From Alphaproteobacteria bacterium (GTDB lineage Bacteria; Pseudomonadota; Alphaproteobacteria; MPNO01; UBA830), in NCBI GenBank assembly GCA_964291215.2, contig OZ219791.1, forward strand, positions 1,760,001 to 1,824,000: a stretch of DNA of 64,000 bases, given 5' to 3'. Numbering within the stretch: the stretch's first letter is position 1; the number at the start of each line of letters is the position of its first letter. Of this stretch, positions 21,222 through 33,171 are shown piece after piece. A model generated the notes under the pieces. That model had not been told where the DNA came from. It searched no databases and saw nothing but the letters and a program-made list of their open reading frames with translations. The position numbers were made by a program, and so were the translations under genes.

Positions 21222-24200
21222 GTGACGCCGCCGCAAGACCGCCCGGCCATGCCTGCCCCCCGACGCCCCACTGTCGGCTTCGGCCCGAGCAAGATGCACA
21301 GCAAGCGCGATTCGATCGGCCTGTTCGCGCGTCACCGAACGGCGGCGAACCTGCTCATGGTGCTCATGCTCGTCGCCGGGGCATTCGGCCTGAACCGGAT
21401 GACCACCCAGTTCTTTCCCGATTTCGGTATCGATATGGTACTGGTGACCGTTGTCTGGCCCGGTGCCAGCGCTGGCGATGTCGACGGCAGCATCGTCCAG
21501 GCCGTCGAGCGGGAAGTCCGCTTCATCGACAGTGTGAAGGCGGTGAAATCCTCGGCGTTCGAAGGGCGGGCGCTGATTACGGTGGAGTTCGAGGCGGGTT
21601 CGGACATGCAGAGCGCGCTCGCGAATGTCGAAACCGCCGTTGGCCAGGTGACCACCCTCCCGCAGGATGCCGAGACCCCGACGGTTCGGCGGATCGTCCG
21701 ATACGATACGTTGTCGCGTATCCTAGTGTCCGGGCCGTATTCGGAATCGGCCCTCAAGGTATACGCCAAGCAGATTCGCGACGGTCTGCTCCGGCGGGGA
21801 ATCGACAAAATCGACCTCGGCGGAGGGCGCGACGAGGAGATTCTGGTTGAAATCAAGCCGGAAACACTGCGCCGCATGAACCTGACTCTGAATGAAGTTG
21901 CGCAGAAAATCCACCAGGTCACGCAGGACGTTCCGTCCGGCGATGTCGCGGGCCGGGCGGAACGCCAACTGCGCAGCGTCGGTGACGTCAAATCGGCTCG
22001 GGAACTCGGCAGGATCGAGATCAAGTCGTTTGCCAGCGGCGAGAAAATCTGGCTGCGCGATATTGCGACAGTGCGCGAGACCTTCGACAGAAACGGAAAA
22101 ACCTACTGGCGGGGCGGCAACCGCGCAATCGAACTGCATGCCAAACGCGCGCCTGCCGACGATGCCCTGATCCTGGCGGACGAGGTCGACAAGTATCTTG
22201 CAGAAGTTGGTCCGACCTTGCCGCAGAATCTGAAACTGGAGCAGTTCGACGTTCAGGCGGACCTGGTGCGCAGCCGCATCAACCTGCTGCTCGAGAACGG
22301 TGCGACCGGACTGCTCATTGTCCTGGTCGTGCTGTTCCTGTTCCTGAACGGCTGGGTGGCGTTCTGGGTGGCCGCCGGCATCCCGATCTCGCTGGCCGCG
22401 ACGATGCTGGTGATGTGGGTGTCCGGCCAGTCCGTGAACATGGTCAGCCTGTTCAGCATTATCATGGCGATCGGCATTATCGTCGACGACGCCATTGTCG
22501 TCGGCGAGCATTCCGAAGCGCTGCACCGGCAGGGCTACGATAATGCGTTGGCGGCCGAAGTCGGCGCCCGGCGCATGGCGATGCCGGTATTCTGTGCGGC
22601 GCTGACAACGATCGCGGCATTTCTGCCGCTGCTGCTGATAACCGATGTCATCGGCTCGATCATCCGGACCATTCCGCTTGTGGTGATCGCCGTGATCGTC
22701 GCCAGCTTGATCGAGTGCTTCCTAGTACTGCCTGGCCATATGCGCCATGCGCTGGCGATCACAGAACGCCGTCGCGGCCGCCTGAGGCGCTGGTTCGCGC
22801 CGCTGTTCGGCATTCCTCTCGTCTGGCTCTGGCCCGTGATCCCCCCGGTTCTCGCTCTCCGCCTGCTCATCCGAATCCTGATGGTGTTCAAGCGCGGGTT
22901 CGGTCGCGCGTTCGATTTTTTCCGCGACCGGATTTTCTTCCCGCTCGTTCGCCTCACGATACGCTGGCGCTATACGACTGTCGCACTTGCGCTTGCCGCC
23001 TTGATCGGTGCGGCATCTATCGTCGCAGGCGGGCGCGTAAGCTTCGTTTTCTTCGCCAATCCGGAGCTGGACAATATTTTCGCCACCGCAGAGTTTTCCG
23101 CCGGGACGCCGCGGGAGCGCACCCGTGCCATGGTCGAAGAGATGGAACAGGCCATGCGTGCCACGGAACAGGATCTGACCGGCGACAAGAACGGCCTGGT
23201 CCGCTTTAGCCACCGCGTGATCGGCTTTCCCATCGGTACCCGGTCGGCCGCCGAATCGCCGATCCAGGGCGGCCATGTCGGCAGCTTGTTCGTGCAGCTC
23301 GTTCCAGCCGACCAGCGTACGATCCAGGCGGACCGGTTCATTGCGGCTTGGAAACAACGGATCCGCAACATGCCCGGTCTGCGACAGCTGAATATCGAGT
23401 CGGCGACCGGCGGGCCGCCGGGCCGGGATGTCGATGTCCGCCTGACCGGCGCGTCGACCATCGAGTTGAAGAAGGCGGCTGAGGAACTGAAGCTCGTTCT
23501 CAAGACGATCCCGGGCGTCCTGACGATGGAAGACAATCTGCCCTACGGCAAGATCGAAACGATCCTTGAGCTGACCCCGCGCGGCCGGGCGCTCGGCTTC
23601 ACGACGGAAAACGTCGGCCGCCAAGTCCGCAACACCTTCGAAGGCGCAATCGCCAAACGGTTTGCGCGCGGCGACGAGGAGGTCGTCGTCCGGGTGCGCT
23701 TCCCAAAAGACCGGCTGACCTCCGAAGCGCTGCACAACCTGCATCTTCGCGCACCCAATGGCAGTTTCGTGCCGCTGGGCGCGGTCGTCAGCATTCGGGA
23801 GAAACAGGGCTTCGCCCGGATCAAGAGCGAGGACGGGCTGCGTGAGGTCGCGGTGACGGCGGATCTGAATACCCGCGTGATGACGACCCAGCAGGCAGTC
23901 GCCGAAATGAGAAAGTCCGGACTGGACGACATCGCCCGGAAGTACGGCGTCGACTACCGCTTTGAAGGGCGCGACAAGGAACAGAGGCGCATCTTCAAGG
24001 ACGCACAGATCGGCGCCGGCATCGGCCTCGCCCTGGTCTTCATCATCCTCTCCTGGGTGTTTGCCGGCTATCTGCGGCCGCTTGTCGTCATGTCGGTCAT
24101 CCCGATGGGTTTCATCGGCGCGGTGCTGGGCCATTACCTGATGGGCTTCGACTTGAGCAGCCTCAGCATCATCGGGCTGATCGGCCTGTCGGGCATCGTG

Positions 24201-24539
24201 GTCAACAATTCGATCATCCTGGTCATGGTGGTAAAGGAGCGGATGGAGGCTGGCGAACCGGCCTACGAGGCTATCGCCAACGGTTCGCGCGACAGGCTGC
24301 GCGCCATCATCCTGACCACGGCGACGACCGTCGGCGGTCTGACCCCCCTCCTGTTCGAGACCGACCTCCAGGCGCAGTTCCTGATCCCGATGGCGATTAC
24401 CCTAGTCTTCGGTCTTATGGTCGCGACCTTTCTGGTCCTGTTCGTCGTGCCGTCTCTGATCGCCATCCAGGTCGATTTCGAGCGCCTTTTCCTGGGCCGC
24501 GACGCGCCCGTCGCCGACGTGCCGACACCCGCCGAATGA
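21222..24539 (+). CDS. RND efflux transporter permease (start may be ~21250 or 21293)
   Basis: HRTAANLLM, GIIVDDAIVVGE, GIVVNNSII, RLRAIILTTATT. Confidence 0.95.
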   Translation: MTPPQDRPAMPAPRRPTVGFGPSKMHSKRDSIGLFARHRTAANLLMVLMLVAGAFGLNRMTTQFFPDFGIDMVLVTVVWPGASAGDVDGSIVQAVEREVRFIDSVKAVKSSAFEGRALITVEFEAGSDMQSALANVETAVGQVTTLPQDAETPTVRRIVRYDTLSRILVSGPYSESALKVYAKQIRDGLLRRGIDKIDLGGGRDEEILVEIKPETLRRMNLTLNEVAQKIHQVTQDVPSGDVAGRAERQLRSVGDVKSARELGRIEIKSFASGEKIWLRDIATVRETFDRNGKTYWRGGNRAIELHAKRAPADDALILADEVDKYLAEVGPTLPQNLKLEQFDVQADLVRSRINLLLENGATGLLIVLVVLFLFLNGWVAFWVAAGIPISLAATMLVMWVSGQSVNMVSLFSIIMAIGIIVDDAIVVGEHSEALHRQGYDNALAAEVGARRMAMPVFCAALTTIAAFLPLLLITDVIGSIIRTIPLVVIAVIVASLIECFLVLPGHMRHALAITERRRGRLRRWFAPLFGIPLVWLWPVIPPVLALRLLIRILMVFKRGFGRAFDFFRDRIFFPLVRLTIRWRYTTVALALAALIGAASIVAGGRVSFVFFANPELDNIFATAEFSAGTPRERTRAMVEEMEQAMRATEQDLTGDKNGLVRFSHRVIGFPIGTRSAAESPIQGGHVGSLFVQLVPADQRTIQADRFIAAWKQRIRNMPGLRQLNIESATGGPPGRDVDVRLTGASTIELKKAAEELKLVLKTIPGVLTMEDNLPYGKIETILELTPRGRALGFTTENVGRQVRNTFEGAIAKRFARGDEEVVVRVRFPKDRLTSEALHNLHLRAPNGSFVPLGAVVSIREKQGFARIKSEDGLREVAVTADLNTRVMTTQQAVAEMRKSGLDDIARKYGVDYRFEGRDKEQRRIFKDAQIGAGIGLALVFIILSWVFAGYLRPLVVMSVIPMGFIGAVLGHYLMGFDLSSLSIIGLIGLSGIVVNNSIILVMVVKERMEAGEPAYEAIANGSRDRLRAIILTTATTVGGLTPLLFETDLQAQFLIPMAITLVFGLMVATFLVLFVVPSLIAIQVDFERLFLGRDAPVADVPTPAE

Positions 24540-24739
24540 AGGCCTTCGAGGCCATCCTCTCCGACCTATCAATCTAGCGAGGCTTCGTCTCGGACCGACG
24601 AGAGGTCTGCGGACTCCGTTCGCTGTTCTGCTCTGGGCAGTGATTCGCCTGATTGTTGTCGTTGGGCGTTGGTAGCAATGTACCATGTGGGGAACTGACC
24701 GAACGAGATCTTGACGATGACTATAAGGCGGAGCGCCGG

Positions 24740-25692
24740 TGAGGTTGTTTGCGAGCACGTCACGCTGGAGCTTGAATGTCTCGACAGGCTGTTTCTCAAC
24801 GGCTACGTGCCGATGCTTCAGACGCCGGGTGGCGTGGCCCACTTGTCGGAATGTTCGCGGCATGCCGGTTGCCGTCTTCGGCTCTGATGGCGTCGATGAC
24901 GCGGGCCTTTGTCGCGGTGCTCGAGCGGTTTGTGAGGGGCGGAGGGGGTCGATCTGATCACGTTCGGGCGAGGCTGGCACAAGGACGACCGGATGTTGAA
25001 GCACCTTCGGGACTGGTACGGCAGGGAAGGCGTTTTCTATATCGGTAAGGCTCGGGAGGGCACCCGGGTGCTGCGCACCGAGCGTTGCACCGATCCGCAG
25101 ACGGGCCGCTCGGAGCGGTCACAGGGCTCGGGCACGGCGATGGTGAACCTACTATCTTTACGCCATCGACGATGAGTTCGGCCCTTTCTTCATCAAGTTC
25201 TGTTTCTGTTTCCTCTACAACGCCAAGCTGTGCCTGAACGGCGACGAATAGGTGAAGCGGCAGTTGGCGAAGCGAGGCATCCCGTTCGAGTCTCTAGACA
25301 ACGGCATCCTGAGCTGAGCCCGGCCCGAGCTGACGCAGGAGATTGCTGGCGAGATGACGGCCGAACGCATCGGCGCCTTGTTTCGCAAGCGGCTGGCGCG
25401 CCTGCGGCACACGTTCACGCTCAAGGCATCCATTATGAGCTGTCGATCCTGCAGGTCGAGTGCGCGCTGACCCAAGTCTTCGACCGCCCGCTTCACGGCC
25501 GCCTGTTCTTCGAGAAGGTGATGCGCGACAATCTCGATCTTGGCCGTTTTGACAACGTGCAGTTGATTTTTTGAGTGTTTCGTCTCCAAACGCATGCTAA
25601 CGCGGTACCGCACCCGCGTCATTGCCGACGGCGTTACGTCGTCGCTGCACATCGGTTATAAGCGTTCGCGCATCAAGCAGTACCATAAGGGC
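24740..25692 (+). pseudogene. degenerate unclassified transposase-like ORF (resumes at 31497-31527)
   Basis: HVTLELECLDRLFLNGYVPMLQTPGG, DDEFGPFFIKFC..F.YNAKLCLNG, LSILQVECALTQVFDRP, IKQYHKG; continues as GALRTE after the ISAs1-like insertion. Confidence 0.6.
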
Positions 25693-27049
25693 CACGGTGA
25701 TCCCACGCCAGGTTTGTTGGAAGGGTCGGTTTCGCTTGTTCAGGATGATTCGCATTTTCGCCGATTTTTTGTGAAGCGGCGTAGTATCCGTTGTCGTGGA
25801 GGCAGCGGATTTTTTGAGACGACTCTGGAGGGTTTTGCGCTCCGGGATGTGGTTGTGCGCCTTGCGCGGCCTGATGTCGCTGGAATCGTGCGGTTGACGG
25901 TATCCTGGTTTCAAGCAGTTTGCCGGTCGAGGTCTGCGTGTTCACCTGGCGCGGGCGGTGGATTGGCGCTGCGGGCTGGCAGACGGGCGCCCTCGGCTGC
26001 GGGACCGTTGGATTGGCTGGCGCCGCGAGGAACAGTTCAGGCGACCACCAGGAACAACACGAGGTTTGTTGTTCCTGGTGGTCGCCGAGTGTTTCCGGGC
26101 CTCGTTTGCGTTGTCGCGGATGGTGCGGCGGCGGCCGGGAGGCTGGCGTTGCTTGTTGCGGAGTCGTTTGTCTCGCCGACGAAGTTCAGCAGCACCATGT
26201 ACAAGGCGGCGAACCGGGAGTGTGTTGGCAGGAGCCATGCGCGCGCCAGCGGGCGCCATAGCGACCGGCACGGGGAGGCGAAGGATCCTTACGTGTTTCC
26301 GCTGCGTCGTGACGCGGGATCGTTCGCCGCTTCCTGCGGCGTGGGAGTTGCGGGCGCCGCTGGTCGGCGCAGGAGTTGCGCTCGATTTATCAGCGGCGCT
26401 TTCCGGCGCGGGGCACCGCATCGCCTCGGTGCTGTGCGTGATTTTGCTGGCGTGGCTTGCGAACCGGCGTGGTTGCGGCGGCGCACTACGCGATGACGCA
26501 GAAGGAGCTGGAGCAGCGTGGAAGAACAGGGACAAGCCGGTCTCCACCGTGCACCGGGTGCTGCAGAACACCGACCCGGGATGGATCGAGGATGCGGCGC
26601 GCAGCCGCAGGTCGGCAACGCGGTCGACGGCAAGCGCGGCCGCACCGGCGAGGATCATTACGAGACAGTCTCGCTGGCACGGGACCGGTATGCCGGTTTC
26701 GATCCTCAACTATCACGACGGGGAGATCGCTGCCGTCCACGCCGCGACGGCACCGGTTGCTGGCCGTCTGCTCACCCTCGACGCGCTCCACACCACCCGC
26801 GCAGCTGATCGTCGAGACCCATCGCGCGGACTGATGGTCAAGGACAACGCATCTTCGAGAGCATCAACTGGAAGACCGCGAGCACGGGACGCTACAGCGA
26901 AAAGCCCGCGCATGGCCGCCAGCGCACCATCGAGGTCTTCACCCCGCTGGCGAAGATGATCAACTAGTCAAGCAGATCTTCCGCGTCACCCGGCGCGTCG
27001 AATTCAGGAAATCCGGAAAACCGAACACGCCATGACCTTATATGACTAG

Positions 27050-29715
27050 TGTTATGTCAGCAATGATATGTCGTACATTTGGTGCTAGACTGTCCGTCCA
27101 TTCGGGATGGAGGTCGGAGTATGAAACGCTACGTGGTGACCCTGGACGAACGGGCAGAACTTTCGGAGATCACGACCAAGGGCTCGCATCTGTCGCAAAA
27201 GGTAATCAACGCCCTGCTCAACTGCGACGAGGGCGCGTTCAATGAATGCCAGATGACCGGGAAGGTCATTGCCGAGATTCTGCGCATCAGCATGCGCAAA
27301 GTAGATCGGGTGAAAAAGCGTTTCGTTGAAGAGGGGCTGGAGGCGGCATTGGGTGGCCGGCAAGGACGCCGTCCTACCTACATGCGAAAAGCCGACGGCG
27401 CCTTCGAGGCGCGTGGCCCTGAGTTGTGGTGAACCGCCTGAGGGTTACGCGCAATGGTCGTTGCGGCTGCTGGCCGACCGCGTTGTTGAGCTTGGTTACG
27501 CCGTGTCACACGAGACGGTGCGGCGTGTGCTAAAAAAACTGCCTCAAGCCATGGCAGCGGGTGGGTGATTCCTCCTCAAGGGAACGCCGACTTCGCCGCA
27601 GCGAAGGTGCTCGATGTCTATCGCCGCCCCGCCGCTTTCCCCGTGGTCTGCATGGACGAAACGCCCCGACCGGCGAGACACGGCAACCGATCGCCATGGC
27701 GCCGGGACGGGCGTAACGACTACGAGTATCGACGTTGCGGTACCTGCAACGTCTTCACGGAACCCCTGGCCGGCAAGCGCATGACCAAGGTAACCGAGCG
27801 CAAGATCGACTGGGCGCAGTTCCTGGCCGACATCGCCGGGCGCTACCAAGATGCCATCACCATCACCCTGGTGATGGACAATCTCAACACTCCCCGGCGC
27901 CCTCTACGAGGCCTACCCGCCGGACGAGGCCAAGGCCCTGTGGGACCGCTTCGAGTTCGTCTACACCCCCAAGCATGGCAGTTGGCTGAACGTGGTGGAA
28001 CTCAACGTCATGATCCGCCTGAACCGCCGCATCGACTGCATCGAGGTGCTACGCCGGGAAGTTGCCGCTTGGCAGGCGACCGCATCCAGGCCAAGGTGGA
28101 TTGGCAGTTCACCACCGACGATGCCCGCGTGAAACTCAAACGCCTTTATTCGATATTTTACGGTAACTGCTCACCCCCTGGTTCCGGCTTGATGTCGGGG
28201 TAGAGTAACGAACGGGTTTTCGTGGAGATTTGACACTGCATGCCGATTCGCTTAGTGGTGGTCATCGAGAACGACGGGGACCGCCAGTGGGCTACTTTGG
28301 ATCGAAGGCGACGAGCGGGCTGTGCCAGCTGCTTCCGGGGCTCCAGCCCCCGCATGATCTGTATGTGGAAACGCATCTCGGAGGCGGCGCGCTGATGAAG
28401 CGCAAGGCCGGGTGATGGCGACGGTCAACGCAGCGTCGCTGCGCGAGGAGTTCGAAGCGGCCAAGACCGCGGCGCTGCCGGCAAGGTGGCGGAAGAGGCC
28501 GTGATCCGCGTCTTCGTCATCCTGCTCGACATCCTCATCGTCGTCCTTCTGGAGAAGACCACGCACGAGCCGGAACTCCGGTCTGCCGCCGTCACAGACG
28601 GACAAGAGCGTGCCGGGAGCAACGGCCCGAAGCCGAACCGGCAGATGGGCGACAACCTGCGCAAGACCATCGTCGAGGAGACGGTCGCGGCCTGCGACGC
28701 CTGCGGCGCCGACGGCCCCGTCGATCGGGAGCGCCGCACGACATCGTGTTCGAGGTCGTCGAGCGCCGCGCCGAGATCAAGGAATGCCCGAAGTGCAAGG
28801 CCCGGGGCCGGTTCCCCGACAACATCCCGTGCAGTACGGCATCGGCATCCAAGCCCTCGTCATCAACCTGCTGGTCGCCCAAATGCTGTCCCTGCGCCGT
28901 GCCGTTGCGTTCGTGCAGGCGATCTCCGGCATCAAGCTCTCCGAGGCCTCGGCTATGCTTTCACGATGCGTCATGGGAGGAGGCCGCCGTGGCGCACCTC
29001 CTGCAACGCCCGGCCCTGCATGTCGATGAGACCGGCTTTCGGATCAACAGTAAGTGGCTTCATGTCGTGGGACCCTGACGTGCAAGTTCCCGCACCGCAA
29101 GCGCGGCCGGGAGGCAAGAGATCGGCCCGTGTTACAAGGGCGTCCTGGGCCTCGTACATGGGCCAGTGTAGCCACCAGCTGTGCGGCAGCCACCTGCTGC
29201 GCGAACTGACCTTTGTCGTCGAGGCTACCGCGCGACTGATGAAGAGCCTGCTCCGCGAGGTCTGCCACAAGGTCAACAAGAGCGCATCCAAAACCCTGAA
29301 CGACGCCGGGCGCAAGCGCTACCGCACCATCCTCACGCAGGGCGCCAGGGAACTGCCCGACATCCCGCCGCCGCCGAAAGGAAAACGCATAGCAAACGCG
29401 CACAACCTGCACGAACGTCTCGTGAAACACGAAAACCTGCGCTTCACAGACGACCCCAACGTCAGCTTCACCAACAATGCCGGAGAACAGAAGATCAGGA
29501 TGGCAAAGGTCAAGGTGTCCGGATGCTTCCGCTCCACGCAAAAGCATGGTGCCGGAGCTCAAGCTACCTCACCTCCATGGCGGCACTCGGCTACAACCCA
29601 CTCGTCGCCACCCAGATCGCCCTCGACGGAAAAGCCGCAGACATCATCAACGAGCACTATGGCCAATCAGAACCCAACAAGGGGTGAGTAGATACATTTT
29701 ACGAATGACAAGACA
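27050..29715 (+). mobile_element. degenerate IS630-family element (second type)
   Basis: CTAG at 27046-49 and 29716-19; PEGYAQWSLRLLA, A-run at ~27532, VVCMDETP, DYEYRRCGTCNVF, MDNLNT, VDWQFTTDDARVKLKRLY. Confidence 0.85.
28163..29695 (+). mobile_element. degenerate IS66-like element type B, copy 1 (methylase ORF largely deleted)
   Basis: Ends GTAACTGCTCACCCC / GGGGTGAGTAGATAC; perfect 8-bp TSD ATTTTACG; LHVDETGFR, HQLCGSHLLREL, SFTNNAGEQKIRMAKVKVSGCFRS. Confidence 0.88.
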
Positions 29716-31526
29716 CTAGGTTTTGTCCCCTTGATGATGAAATCATCCACAGCAGTTGGGGGCGGGAAAATGTGGGTAACCCCGACTGTGGGAGAGCATC
29801 CGGTTTATGGTTGCAGAGAGATTTCGCTCCCCTGAGCGAACACGCACAGGGGATCAAACGATCTCCGCGGAGGTTGCCGTTTCGACCTTGACAGAGCCGC
29901 GTCCGAGTTTGGCAACCTCCCTTGACGTCCCTCGCTGGATGCCTGGGTTTGAACCCATCGTAAGGCGAGGAGCAAGGGACGATGGTCAAGGTAGTAGCAG
30001 GGGTCAGCCAGTCTGGACATCTGGCGCATTGTTTTGCGAACGACGCCACGAGCTGGCGGGCAGGCGGCCTCGGGGTGAGCCGGGTGGTGGGCGACAGGCC
30101 GCTATCACCGCAAGGTTCACCAGTGTCTTCATGACCGGGGCTTCGAGGTTATTCTCGTCAACCCGTTGCGGGCGCTTCGCCGAGGCGATGGGCCAACCGC
30201 GTCGACGCCAAGATCGGCTGGGCGATCTTGAGCCTGTGGCTCCGCCTTCCTCAAGAGCCTGGAGGATCTCTTGGTGCCGCGCTTGTCGACGCCAAGCAGG
30301 TGGCAGATGAGGTGGATGGCGAGACCGTCACAAGGGCCTCGGCGGCCGATCTCGATGATTGCATTGCCGGCGCGGCGATCAAAGCGGTGATCACCGGTGA
30401 TCCCGAGCAGAGGTACGCCATCCTGACCTCGATCCGGTGACCGCCGCGGCCCTTCTTTGCTGGATGCCCGAACTCGGCAGCGTCGGCAGCCTTGATCGGG
30501 GTGGCGCCAACGACTACGGTGCTCGGCACATCCGTGGCGGGCGCCGAAGGCCACGCGATCTCCTGGCCGCAACCGGCACGCTTCAACGCGGACCTGGTGT
30601 GCCTCAAGACTGCCGGCAAGCAAGGTCGCGATTGTCGCCGTGATGCGCAAGCTCTGGCGAACACCTTGCTGCGACAGCAGCGTTGCCTGAAGCACCGGTG
30701 AGTGAGCGAAGGAGAGACGGCCCTCACCCCTGCCGAGAGCGCGACCGGGACTGTCTCGACAGTCTCCCTCTACGACACGACTTGGGGAGAATGTCTGCAG
30801 ATCATCGTCGAGGCCGACATCGAGGAGATCGAACCGCCTTGGGACACCTGGAACCCGGACGGTCACGTTACCATGCCCGGGGACGGCAAGGTAGCCGCGT
30901 TCACGTGACCAATGGACGGCAACCCGCCGCCGGGACCACAAGCTTCATGTCGCCTCGCTCGCAGAGCAAACCCCACACCGCTTGTGGACAACCACAGAAA
31001 ACATCACCACAGACACCCGCAAAAAACCTTGCCAAGAAACATGGATGCTCGGTCGAACACGCCTCGCCGCAACAGTTGCTCGCATGGGATCGCGGACACC
31101 GGGTGGTCGAGAGCCATCACCACATATCCACCTTCCGCGAAGACGACCCCATGCTCCGAACGCGCCCGCAAACAACGCGATCACCCTCGCAATCATCATC
31201 CACAACAAGCGCAAGCTGCGCAAACCCTTCAACAGCTTCCCACCATGCCGACAAGCGCAAGCAGGTCCTGCACGCAATCACAAGACCAGGCTGACCGCGC
31301 CTCTCTCCCCGGCAGAAACCGCAAGCTTTCGAGCCCGGCAACCAAGGCCTCTCGCTCGCCCCGGATACGCCGACCAATCGCGCCCCGCGCCGCAACAGCG
31401 CGTCAGCAAATCTCAAAATCGCAGCCTCGAACGCGTCGACCCGCGCCGCGATCAGGACTCCGATCACATCACATCAACAAGCATGGGATCACCTTGCCAT
31501 AAGGGGGGCGCTCTGCGCACCGAGTA

Positions 31527-31554
31527 GTCGGCGGCGACTTAAAACGCCGCCGAC
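31527..31554. terminator. perfect 10-bp stem hairpin (terminator-like or element end)
   Basis: GTCGGCGGCG-ACTTAAAA-CGCCGCCGAC, located where the unclassified transposase-like ORF breaks off. Confidence 0.4.
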
Positions 31555-31944
31555 AGCCGTGGCCGCTCCTGCTGGGTTACTGACCCCGCTTATTCCTCGT
31601 GCTTTCCTTCTTCTGCTTCTCGCTCTTCGACCCGAAGCGTGCCTTTGCATATTTGGCACGGATCCCGCGCAGCTTCGCTGCCTCGGCCTCCAGTTCAGCG
31701 TTCCTGCTCTTCAGGGAGGCCACCTCCTATTCCAGCGCCTCCGCCCCGGCCTTGTTTTTTTACCCCGGGCCTCCTTCAGTTCTTGCTTCAGCTGCTTCGC
31801 CGTCACCTCCGCACGGGCTGCCTCGAGATAGTGCTCCAGCGCCTTCGCCCGGATCCGCTCGGCCTCATCGAGCGCACATCAGCGGCGCCGCTACTCCCAC
31901 CTCGACACGTGTCATCGCTGGAAAGGGGGGCTGGCAGGCACTAG

Positions 31945-33165
31945 TAGTCCACCGGCATTGTATTGATGGTTTTTGGTGGGTAGTATTCCTGTGTCGGCAT
32001 CCGTTGGAATCCGGACAGTGTCGATATCCACACGGGCAGATGCGGAACAGGCAGGCAGCCGCAGCCCCATGTGCAGGTCCGGACAACGGGAGCGGCGCAA
32101 TGACAGGAGCAGCGTATATGGCCAACTCTCGGGGCAGGAAGCTCTACCGCGTGACCCTTTCAGCGCAGGAGCGCCGGGATCTGAAGGCGATCGTCGACGG
32201 CACCGGGGCCGCCTGGCACAGGTCCTGATGCTGAGGGGCGCTTGTCGATGCCGACATTGCGCAAGGGCTGGGCATCGGCACGGCGACGGTCGAGCGTTTG
32301 CGCAAGCGCTGCGTCCTGGAGGGGCTGGACGCCGCCCTCAGCCGCAAGGAGCAGGTGAACCGTCGGCCGAAACGGCTGGACGGGGCGATGGAGGCGAAAC
32401 TGGTCGCCTTGCTTGTCCCCGCCCGAGGGCTGTGGATGCTGGAGCTGCTTGCCGGCCGTCTGGTGGAGATCGTCGAGCGCATTTCGGAAGAGACGGTCAG
32501 GAAGACGCTAAAAAAAGAGATCAAGCGGTGGCTGAAGCAGTACTGGTGCATTCCACCGCACCGGAGCGCACAGTTCGTGGCGGCGGATGTGCTTGACATT
32601 TGTCAGCGGGACTTTGCCGGGGACGAGGTGCTGGTGTGCGAGACCAGCCGGCAGCAGACGAAGGAAACCCGCATCCCCCGTTCAGCCGGAGGTGGTCGAC
32701 CATGAATATGAGCGCAACGGTACGGCCAACCTCTTCCTGGCCTTCGCGCCCAACGAGAACTGGCGCACGGTGAAAGTCACCGACCGCCGCGGGACCGGGC
32801 GCACTTCATCCGGGAGCTTGCCGACGACCATTCCCCCGACAGGAAGATCGTGCTGGACAACCTGAACACGCACAGTCGCTGTATGAAGCCTTCGAGCCCG
32901 AGGAGGCGGGTGCGAAAGCGGTTCGAGTTTCGCTACACGCCGAAGCATGGAAGCTGGCTCAACATGGCCGAGATCGAGATCGGCGCGCTGTCGCGGCAAT
33001 GCCTTCGGCGACGCATTCCCGACCGCGACACTATGCTGCGGGAGACGGTAGCATGGGTGGAACGGCGCAATGCGGTCGATGTCACCGTCGACTGGCGTTT
33101 CACGACGAAGGATGCTCGGACGAAACTGAAGTCACTCTATCCCTCAATCTAATAATGCCAGACTA
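31945..33165 (+). mobile_element. IS630-family element type C, copy 1 (degenerate)
   Basis: CTAG flanks at 31941-44 and 33166-69; A7 slippery run; EYERNGTANLF, LDNLNTH, YTPKHGSWLNMAEIE, WRFTTKDARTKLKSLYP. Confidence 0.88.
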
Positions 33166-33171
33166 CTAGTT

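Larger units (their letters stand above)
27039..31047 (+). mobile_element. degenerate IS110 element, copy 2 (left end split by an IS630 insertion)
   Basis: CT duplicated at 27037-38 and 31048-49; 29720-31047 is homologous to 17496-18851, including the bridge-RNA region (~29826-29980). Confidence 0.85.
25693..31496 (+). mobile_element. degenerate ISAs1-like element, copy 2, containing nested IS110 > IS630 > IS66-like
   Basis: IRs CACGGTGATCCCA / TGGGATCACCTTG; flanks CCATAAGGGC / CCATAAGGGG (9/10 TSD); homologous to 16215-19313. Confidence 0.85.

Noticed and set aside
31560-31930. Minus-strand coiled-coil-like ORF remnant
   Set aside because: Frameshifted, with no diagnostic motif; a product cannot be supported.
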